From contig JBDREH010000036.1 of assembly GCA_043819945.1 (NCBI GenBank), positions 82 through 64,081 on the forward strand: a stretch of DNA of 64,000 nt, in the 5' to 3' direction. The notes under the pieces were generated by a model, which was not told the origin of the DNA, did no database searches, and saw only the letters and a program-made list of their open reading frames with translations. This stretch comes from Bacillota bacterium. Its GTDB lineage: Bacteria; Bacillota_I; Bacilli_A; Acholeplasmatales; Acholeplasmataceae. Shown piece after piece: positions 55,781 to 63,222 of this stretch. Within the stretch, counting starts at the first letter, position 1; each line of letters opens with the position of its first letter. Made by a program: the position numbers and the translations under genes.

Positions 55781-58659
55781 TGAAGTCGATTGAAGAGTAT
55801 TTATTATATCTTGATGAGCAAAAGTTTACTCCTGATCAAAAAAGAGCCATTGTAACTTCAAGTAAAAATGTTCAAATTATAGCTTGCGCTGGATCAGGTA
55901 AGACTAGTACTATTGTATCTCGTATCATTTTTCTCATTGTCTCAGGAGTCAGTCCTTCAGAAATTGTCGCTATCACATATACTGAGAAAGCAGCAGCTTC
56001 ACTTAAACAGAAGATATATCAGGAATACGAAAAGGCTATGGGAACATTAGAAGGCTTATCCGATTTATATGTTGGCACAATTCATGGTTATTGTTTGTTC
56101 ATGCTTCAGGAATTTACAGTAGATTTCAAAAATTATGATATTCTTACTGAGATTCAAGCTAAACTACATATTAAGGCAAAACGTTGGGAAAATGGGCTTA
56201 ATGACTGCATGTACTATGTAAAAGAAAATCCGATTCCAAAAAAACTTGTTGGTAAATCTTATTCTAACTGGGAACAATTTAGTGACAGAGTTTCCGCATA
56301 TAAACAATTTCTCGATATTTCTCGCGAGTATGGAATCAAAAAACTTAACGATCCGCACTTAGAAGAATTGATTGCAAAATATGAATTTTCTCTAGCTAGA
56401 GACAAGTACTTTGATTTCACATCAATTCAAATTACTGCACTTGAATATTTCAAGAAACAGTATTTTGATGAGTATCTAAAAAAAATAAAACATTTGATTG
56501 TTGATGAATACCAAGACGTTAATGAAACGCAAGAAGAGATTATTAGATATTTTTATGACCATGGAATTACTGTTTGTGTAGTTGGTGACGATGATCAAAC
56601 TATTTATGAATGGCGTGGAAGTCGATTGAAATATATTAAGGATTTTTCAACTAGGTATTCGAATGTTGAATCTGTTGAACTATCATTGAATTTTAGAAGC
56701 AGCGTAGGTATTACCTCTACAGCTGAGACCTTAATAACAAATAATAATAATCGTCTTTTGAAGACAATGGACAGTGCCAATAACCAGAGTTATGTTAAAG
56801 GTGATATTTTAGGTATATCCTTTAATTCTAGGGAAGATGAAGTCCAATTCATAATTGACAAAATAAATCAAGTAACTGGAAGTAAGTTCTCTCAAAAAGG
56901 TAATGAGTGGGGACTAGGTTATGATGACATTGTAATATTAGTCAGTTCAGTAAAAAAAGTAAATCAACTTATAGAAAAGTTAAATGACTCTAAATTACCA
57001 TTCATTGTCGAAGGAACGCAAAATCTTTTTGAAACCCCCGAAATTATAGCTATTACCGAAACTTTTGAGATGTTGATTTTTCACTATATGCAAATGCTAA
57101 GAACTGGTGTTGAAAATGCAGATAAAATTAAAGCAGCAATAAAGAAAGCACAACAAGAAGTTGTTGATCGATGGAAAGTAGTTGTTTCAGCAGACGAAAA
57201 CCAAATTAACAACGCACTTATTAGTTTTAGAGACGAGTTTCTTGATGCTGTAACTAACCCAAATAAAGGTTATGAATACACGATTCAAAAGAATCTTCAT
57301 GATTTACTATTTGGACTCGGCGCGATGTCAGATAAATTGGATGATAAAGTTTACTATAATATTGGAAAATTCACAGAAATGATTAATGATTTTGAGAAGA
57401 TATTTCTAAAAACCTTTCCAATTGAGCGAATGGAAAAATTTCAAGAATTCCTTATTCAAGATGCGAAGAACATGTATCCTGAAGGATGGATGTCACCCCG
57501 TTTTAATCTAGTAAAAACTTTGCGAGTTATGACTTATCACCAAGCAAAAGGATTAGAGTTTCCCGTGGTATTCCTTCCGTTCTTAACGAAGGATTCTACT
57601 TTTCCTCTTACCCGCGGTGGTGGTGGTATCACAGCATGGTCAATAATTCATAACGATGCAATTAAACAAGAGTTTAATGATAAAGAATCACACCATAGAG
57701 TATTCTACGTAGGAATGACAAGAGCAGAAAAGTTTTTATTTATGACCCGTTCTCCTGGATTCTCAGATAGTGGGAAAACTCAGTATTTGACAGAAGCGAA
57801 ACAATTTATTCAAGCATCTCACTCTGAGTATGTTACTCCAGCTACATGTCTGGACATCAGTTATGAAAAATCGTCAATTGCAAAGTATTCTAATGACGAA
57901 GTCATTACTTTAAATTTTAGCTTGCTTAAGGATCTCTTTGAATGCGGATATAAATTTAAACTATCTAATGTGTTTGGTTTGTACCAACCATTGAATATTC
58001 GTATGGGGTATGGTCAATCAATTCATAGCATGTTAGATTACGTTCACAAGAATTGGCAAAAACTGAATCTTGATGATGAAAGCGTAATATGGGGAATAGT
58101 GAAACGGTTCATGCACTTACCTTATGCATCACCTAAATTGATTCAAGCAGAAACCAATAAAGCATTTGACAGATTACAAAAATACATTATCAATAATAAG
58201 CAAAGATTTAAAAACATTGTTTTTTCCGAGAAGAGAATCGATTTCAAGTTCTCAGATTACTTTTTTATTGATGGAAGAATTGACTTGATAAGAGATGATG
58301 TCAATAAAGAACTGACTATAGTTGATTTCAAATCAGAGTCTGCTTCATTGAGCGCTGATCAAATTAAGAATCAACTCATGATTTATGTTTTAGGTTATGA
58401 AAACATGAAAAGCGAGAAAATATCTTACATTGAATCATATGATATCAATGAAACAAAACCAACGAGAATACCAATATTTGATGAAGATAGAGATGGATTT
58501 CTCAAGGAACTCTCCAAGTGTGAAACAACAATTAAAACAGGTAAGTATTTACGTCACTGTGATTTAGATCCAAATCATAAAAATAGACATTGCAAAGATT
58601 GTTTTTTAAAGAATGTATGCTTAACAGGGAAAAATCCTCCATTAGCTACTTCTAGATAA
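55777..58659 (+). CDS. UvrD/REP SF1 helicase fused to C-terminal PD-(D/E)XK nuclease with Cys motif
   Basis: AGSGKT, DEYQD, GDDDQTIY.WRG, NFRS, TYHQAKGLEF, YVGMTRA; then ECG..., GRIDL...VDFKS, QL.IY, CKDC....C. Confidence 0.9.
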   Translation: MMKSIEEYLLYLDEQKFTPDQKRAIVTSSKNVQIIACAGSGKTSTIVSRIIFLIVSGVSPSEIVAITYTEKAAASLKQKIYQEYEKAMGTLEGLSDLYVGTIHGYCLFMLQEFTVDFKNYDILTEIQAKLHIKAKRWENGLNDCMYYVKENPIPKKLVGKSYSNWEQFSDRVSAYKQFLDISREYGIKKLNDPHLEELIAKYEFSLARDKYFDFTSIQITALEYFKKQYFDEYLKKIKHLIVDEYQDVNETQEEIIRYFYDHGITVCVVGDDDQTIYEWRGSRLKYIKDFSTRYSNVESVELSLNFRSSVGITSTAETLITNNNNRLLKTMDSANNQSYVKGDILGISFNSREDEVQFIIDKINQVTGSKFSQKGNEWGLGYDDIVILVSSVKKVNQLIEKLNDSKLPFIVEGTQNLFETPEIIAITETFEMLIFHYMQMLRTGVENADKIKAAIKKAQQEVVDRWKVVVSADENQINNALISFRDEFLDAVTNPNKGYEYTIQKNLHDLLFGLGAMSDKLDDKVYYNIGKFTEMINDFEKIFLKTFPIERMEKFQEFLIQDAKNMYPEGWMSPRFNLVKTLRVMTYHQAKGLEFPVVFLPFLTKDSTFPLTRGGGGITAWSIIHNDAIKQEFNDKESHHRVFYVGMTRAEKFLFMTRSPGFSDSGKTQYLTEAKQFIQASHSEYVTPATCLDISYEKSSIAKYSNDEVITLNFSLLKDLFECGYKFKLSNVFGLYQPLNIRMGYGQSIHSMLDYVHKNWQKLNLDDESVIWGIVKRFMHLPYASPKLIQAETNKAFDRLQKYIINNKQRFKNIVFSEKRIDFKFSDYFFIDGRIDLIRDDVNKELTIVDFKSESASLSADQIKNQLMIYVLGYENMKSEKISYIESYDINETKPTRIPIFDEDRDGFLKELSKCETTIKTGKYLRHCDLDPNHKNRHCKDCFLKNVCLTGKNPPLATSR

Positions 58660-58672
58660 GTAGGTGACATTA

Positions 58673-59905
58673 ATGAATTTAAACATCCAATATAGTGATT
58701 ATAAGAAGAGTATCGACATACATGGTACTGTTCTTTATCCTGCAGTAATGGTTGCACCGGTGCAAAAAGATGTTTTAAACTGGTTAATTGATGGAAGAAA
58801 AAATCTAAAGATATTTGACCCTTTCCACGGATCAGGTACAGCATTATATGAAGCAGCTAGTATCGAACCAGAAATAGAATTGTTTGGATATGACATAAAT
58901 CCTCTTGCATCACTAATAACGCAGACTAAATTACAAGGAATTGAGATTGCTACGATCGATTCAGATATCAAGTCATTGGAACTTATGTTGCAGTCAGAGT
59001 ATAAATATCCGACACTATCTTTCTACAAGTCTGAAAAATGGTTCAGAAAAGATATTTTAGAAACTTTATCAGAGATCCGTTATGCAATTATGGAAGTTAC
59101 AAGCAAGAGAAATAGACAATATTTCTGGGTAATGCTTTGTGATATCATTCGCTATTATAGCAATACCAGAAGTAGTACTTTTAAACTTCATATGAAAGAA
59201 AATAAGAAGATTGAAGCATTAAAAAACTTGATTATAAAGGATTTCCTAAAGAAAATTAAATCTTCTTTAAAATTCTACAAGAAAAACCTCACTAATTTTG
59301 ACTTAAAAAAAGGGAATTCATTGGAGTTAATTAAAGACCTTGATGATAAATCAATGGATATTATTGTTACGTCACCTCCATATGGAGACAATGCAACAAC
59401 TGTAACATATGGGCAATTTTCATATTTGGCTTTGTCAATAATCGATAAAAATGACATACCTTTTGAAGGTTGGGAGTTATACAACTGTCAGATACTTGAT
59501 TCATCTAGCATGGGGGGAACCCAATCTTTGTCATTAAGTAATGAAAATAGAAAATATATTCAATGGTATTTAAATAGAATTAAACAATCAAAAAGGAAGA
59601 AAGTAGAAAGATTCTTTGCTGATTATTTTGATTTTCTTGATAGTGCTGCACGTGTTTCTAAAGAATATATTGTAATGACTTTGGGGAATAGAACTGTTGA
59701 TAGAGTGAGGATTAATTTGGCAAAAATAACAGTCAAATATCTTCAGGATAAGGGTTTTAACTTTAAGAAAATCTTATCACGCTCAATAGTATCTAAAAGA
59801 ACGCCTGATTACATATTGGTTAACAATTTAAAAACGACGACTATGACGAAAGAATACATAGTTATAATGGAAAAACCCCTACAAACGATTGTAGCAAATG
59901 CTTAA
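58673..59905 (+). CDS. DNA amino-methyltransferase (SPPY type, probably N4-cytosine)
   Basis: H...YPA.M, FDPFHGSGT (motif I), TSPPY (motif IV); AGGTGA RBS gives ATG 58673. Confidence 0.85.
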   Translation: MNLNIQYSDYKKSIDIHGTVLYPAVMVAPVQKDVLNWLIDGRKNLKIFDPFHGSGTALYEAASIEPEIELFGYDINPLASLITQTKLQGIEIATIDSDIKSLELMLQSEYKYPTLSFYKSEKWFRKDILETLSEIRYAIMEVTSKRNRQYFWVMLCDIIRYYSNTRSSTFKLHMKENKKIEALKNLIIKDFLKKIKSSLKFYKKNLTNFDLKKGNSLELIKDLDDKSMDIIVTSPPYGDNATTVTYGQFSYLALSIIDKNDIPFEGWELYNCQILDSSSMGGTQSLSLSNENRKYIQWYLNRIKQSKRKKVERFFADYFDFLDSAARVSKEYIVMTLGNRTVDRVRINLAKITVKYLQDKGFNFKKILSRSIVSKRTPDYILVNNLKTTTMTKEYIVIMEKPLQTIVANA

Positions 59906-59956
59906 GTTGCGATTAAAGTAGCAATTCTACATTGTTGAATATTCATATTGTCTTAG

Positions 59957-60046
59957 TTACCGGTAATACTTGTGAACAGTAATGCCAACTATGAGACAAC
60001 ATATCAACAATTATCGATTAAGTAGTTGTCAACTATATAACAAGTA
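59957..60046 (+). repeat. Copy 2 of duplicated intergenic hairpin motif
   Basis: ttaccggtaatacttgtgaacagtaatgccaacta; enclosed by ttgtctta/tgagacaa. Confidence 0.8.
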
Positions 60047-60103
60047 CTATAGCCTAAAACATAAAAATAGCGATGCTTCATAAATTATTGTGCCGCTGGC
60101 ATG

Positions 60104-60270
60104 TAGACAAAAGTTGACATATTTCATATACTACAATTAGCGTGGAATACTGGCTTTAGTTGAAGCCTAGAAGTGAGAGACTCTCAAATTTGAGGGTTTC
60201 TTTTCTTTTGCAGAAAGAGTTGTAGTATTCAACCCTTGGATAACTTCAGTTTTTGATAAATTAACTGAAC
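60104..60270 (+). promoter_or_regulatory. Late-operon promoter and structured leader with premature terminator
   Basis: TAGACA(60104-09)-17-TATACT(60127-32); hairpins 60152-60167, 60177-60200 plus U-tract, 60245-60269; gaatact/agtattc pairing (60145-51 with 60224-30). Confidence 0.55.
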
Positions 60271-60290
60271 CCTGAAAGGTTGGAATCGAT

Positions 60291-60809
60291 GTGCCAAAGG
60301 TACTGGATACATATCAGCAATGGGAGGCTGATGGAGTACTTGACGAAAGAATAAAGAGTGTTCAAGACATGGTTGCTAGGCGGATTATCCAAAAGGATAT
60401 CGCAAAAGCTCTAAATATAAGTGAAAACACAATGATTAAATTGAAGCGATCTCATCCCAGATTAAATCAAGCATTCATCAATGGCGATGATGAACTGAAG
60501 TATAAACTCATGGATGCATTGTTCCAACGAGCTGTTGGGATGGAGTATGAGGAAGTACAAACCATCATTGAAGAAACCTCATCGGGAACAAAGAAACGAC
60601 TTGTTAAAACCAAGAAGAAATCTCTACCCGATTTTAATGCACTCAAATACTTACTGATAATCAAGTTCGGACGTGAATACAACGAACGCAAAGAAGAAAT
60701 AGACATCATGCTCAAACGCATAGAAAAAGGCGAGGAAACTTGGATTAATGAACATAGTGATGAAGAAACCCTCGGAGTTGTCAATATACGAAAACAACCC
60801 AAGAAATAA
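60291..60809 (+). CDS. Terminase small subunit-like / DNA packaging HTH protein
   Basis: N-terminal HTH (QKDIAKALNIS), ALFQRAVG.EYEEV...K.TKK...PD..AL.YLL pattern of phage TerS-like proteins. Confidence 0.6.
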   Translation: MPKVLDTYQQWEADGVLDERIKSVQDMVARRIIQKDIAKALNISENTMIKLKRSHPRLNQAFINGDDELKYKLMDALFQRAVGMEYEEVQTIIEETSSGTKKRLVKTKKKSLPDFNALKYLLIIKFGREYNERKEEIDIMLKRIEKGEETWINEHSDEETLGVVNIRKQPKK

Positions 60810-61959
60810 CGACGCTGCAGTTGATGCTGTAGCTAATAGTATTAAAGAGTTCGGATTCAAGGTTCCGATAGTGATCACTAAGGATCTAGTTATCATTGCA
60901 GGCCACACTAGGCTCAAAGCAAGCCTTAAACTTGGATTGGTAACTGTTCCTTGCATTATTGCTGATGACCTCACAGAAGGGCAAATCAAGGCCTTTCGTT
61001 TGGCAGATAACAAGACCGCAGAACTTGCTACTTGGGACTTTAGTAAACTTGAAGATGAACTATCTCATATCGATATGGATATGTTACAGTTTGGTTTTGA
61101 AGAGTTAGAATCAAGTGTTCCAGATAATGCAAGTGATGATGACTTCGACCCTTCAGATGAAATCAGTGAAAAACCATATTCTGAAATGGGTGATATTTAT
61201 CTATTAGGCAATCACAGAGTCATGTGTGGTGATTCTACGATAAAAAAGGATGTTCACAAACTCCTGGATGGTCAAAAGATAGATATGATCTTCACGGATC
61301 CTCCTTACAATGTGGATTATGAAGGAACAGCTGGAAAGATTAAGAATGACAAGATGGAAGACAATAACTTCTATCTTTTTTTATATGATGCATTTACGAA
61401 TATGTTTGAAGCAACCAAAGCTGGTGGAGCCATCTATGTTTGCCATGCGGATACAGAAGGTATTAACTTTAGAAATGCATACAAAAATGCTGGATTCAAA
61501 CTTGCAGAGTGTCTAGTCTGGGTTAAGAATGCACTCGTACTCGGTAGACAAGATTACCACTGGCGACATGAACCCATTCTTTATGGATGGAAAGAAGGTG
61601 CTGCCCATTACTTTATCGATGACCGTACACAAGATACTATCTGGGAATATAACAAACCTAAAAGAAATGATGAACATCCAACAATGAAACCACTTGAGCT
61701 TTGTGGCAGAGCGATTGCAAACTCCTCTAGAGTGAATGAATATGTACTAGACTTATTTGGTGGTTCAGGATCAACGATGATCGCATCTGATCAGCTTCAA
61801 AGAAAATCATTGTTGATGGAACTCGATGAACGATATGTTGACGTGATTGTTAAAAGGTATATCCGATACAAAGGATCAAGTGACAATTGCTATCTGATCC
61901 GAAAAGGTAAGAAGCTATCACTCAATACGATTGATGACTTTCAAAATTTATCACTATAG
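60748..61959 (+). CDS. ParB-like N-terminal domain fused to N6/N4 DNA methyltransferase
   Basis: NPRNND...SIKEFGF..PI...AGHTR, RLADNK; TDPPYNV, HEPILYGWK, HPTMKP, DLFGGSGST. Confidence 0.92.
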   Translation: MNIVMKKPSELSIYENNPRNNDAAVDAVANSIKEFGFKVPIVITKDLVIIAGHTRLKASLKLGLVTVPCIIADDLTEGQIKAFRLADNKTAELATWDFSKLEDELSHIDMDMLQFGFEELESSVPDNASDDDFDPSDEISEKPYSEMGDIYLLGNHRVMCGDSTIKKDVHKLLDGQKIDMIFTDPPYNVDYEGTAGKIKNDKMEDNNFYLFLYDAFTNMFEATKAGGAIYVCHADTEGINFRNAYKNAGFKLAECLVWVKNALVLGRQDYHWRHEPILYGWKEGAAHYFIDDRTQDTIWEYNKPKRNDEHPTMKPLELCGRAIANSSRVNEYVLDLFGGSGSTMIASDQLQRKSLLMELDERYVDVIVKRYIRYKGSSDNCYLIRKGKKLSLNTIDDFQNLSL

Positions 61960-61980
61960 TAAGCATTTAGTGTCGAATTG

Positions 61981-62014
61981 ACTTGATATAAAAGGTCATT
62001 AGAGTGATATATAT
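61981..62014 (+). promoter_or_regulatory. Second copy of element-specific promoter-like motif
   Basis: ACTTGATATA-N8-TTAGAGTGATATATAT upstream of ORF 62043. Confidence 0.6.
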
Positions 62015-62042
62015 ACATACCAAAAGGTAGAAAGTAGGTCAT

Positions 62043-62474
62043 ATGATGGATAAACAAATCAAGTTATCTGAATGGATTCAAAGATTTAAATCTGGTGAGT
62101 TCGACAAACCTGATTCAACGACTCAAATCAAAGCAGGATGGTTCGACTGGTTTTGTAGAGATTCAAGTTTAGCTAATAAAACCATTAAGATGGGAAACAT
62201 CATCAAACAAATTAAAGTAGGGGGTAAGGTTGACCTTGAAACAAGTTATGTGTGGTTCAAGAATAACTGCCCACTCAATGGTCCACTTTATGATGATTTC
62301 AGAATTGCAGACATCGAAAACAACAATAATTTATTCGTTGTTCAAATCGATTGTGTGTGGAACGATTCCAAATACACAGTCTTTGAAAGACTTGATGGAT
62401 TTGAAAAACCAGTATTTCAAACTGAATCATCAAGAGAACTTGTGAAATGGTTTAACAAAGGATGGACAAAGTAA
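62043..62474 (+). CDS. Hypothetical phage protein
   Basis: ORF with RBS; aromatic-rich (GWFDWFC, YVWFKNNCP...LYDDFR). Confidence 0.7.
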   Translation: MMDKQIKLSEWIQRFKSGEFDKPDSTTQIKAGWFDWFCRDSSLANKTIKMGNIIKQIKVGGKVDLETSYVWFKNNCPLNGPLYDDFRIADIENNNNLFVVQIDCVWNDSKYTVFERLDGFEKPVFQTESSRELVKWFNKGWTK

Positions 62475-62848
62475 TGTTTAAAGAATACAACGCTCATCCA
62501 AAAGGTACCAAAACAACCGATTGTGTTGTAAGAGCTATCAGTACCGCAATGAATAAAGACTACATGGAATGCAGACGAGAACTGAATCAACTTAAACGAG
62601 ATTGGAAGTTCACAAGCTATAAAGACACAGAGTTCTTATACAAATACTTCGAAGGCAAACCTAGACTCATTTTCAAAGCAATTAAAGGTGAACCACGAAT
62701 TAAAGGTTCCGACTTCACTTTACTACATCCAAAAGGAACTTATGTTCTAAAGATGGTAGGACATGTCACAGTATGTAAAGATGGATTAATTCTTGATACT
62801 TGGGACTGTACCTATAGAAGCGTTTATACTGCTTGGAAAATTGACTAG
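62474..62848 (+). CDS. Hypothetical phage protein
   Basis: TAATG stop/start overlap; NAHPKG...DCVVRAIS...GHVTVCKDG.ILDTWD. Confidence 0.7.
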   Translation: MFKEYNAHPKGTKTTDCVVRAISTAMNKDYMECRRELNQLKRDWKFTSYKDTEFLYKYFEGKPRLIFKAIKGEPRIKGSDFTLLHPKGTYVLKMVGHVTVCKDGLILDTWDCTYRSVYTAWKID

Positions 62849-62860
62849 AAGGATAAAGAC

Positions 62861-63157
62861 ATGAAAACTAATTTTATACGAAAAGCAACATCAACAGAAC
62901 TCATTCCACATGATGAGTTCGTTATCGAAAAACAAGTAGTTATTGATAAAGACTTATTCGAGTGCTTTATCAAGGATCCACTGAACGACTACGATTTCAT
63001 CAAAGAAAATCTAGAGCATATGTTTTGTGACCAAGATGAGGTGTTCCACTGTATCTTCGTTACATCCGATTCACACGACTTTGGAATCCTAGTTGAAAGT
63101 GAAGGATATCATTATGCGAGGTACACTGCATACCTACCAAAAACAGCTATCAAATAA
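62861..63157 (+). CDS. Hypothetical phage protein (DUF6329-like, from recall)
   Basis: DYDFIKEN...MFCD.D.VFHC....GILVESEGY.YARY; AAGGA RBS. Confidence 0.6.
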   Translation: MKTNFIRKATSTELIPHDEFVIEKQVVIDKDLFECFIKDPLNDYDFIKENLEHMFCDQDEVFHCIFVTSDSHDFGILVESEGYHYARYTAYLPKTAIK

Positions 63158-63180
63158 CACATTTAATTCAAAGCAAATCA

Positions 63181-63203
63181 GGGAAGTTCAGGCTTCCTTT
63201 TTC
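63181..63203 (+). terminator. Weak terminator before metK
   Basis: ggaag-ttcagg-cttcc followed by T run. Confidence 0.5.
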
Positions 63204-63222
63204 TTGCTAGAAAGAGGACAAC

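Noticed and set aside
55777-58659. Gabija GajB, DISARM or housekeeping PcrA
   Set aside because: No OLD nuclease or Drm partners; a C-terminal nuclease fusion and location in a mobile RM operon do not fit PcrA.
46939-60290. LexA/SOS boxes in element intergenic regions
   Set aside because: Only GAAC half-sites found; no GAAC-N4-GTTC palindrome by eye.
1462-60802. Numerous short ORFs in the track that overlap confident genes antisense or out of frame (e.g. 1462-1650, 2467-2667, 9980-10336, 29021-29221, 53680-53961, 60467-60802)
   Set aside because: Shadow ORFs of well-supported genes; no RBS or recognisable motifs.
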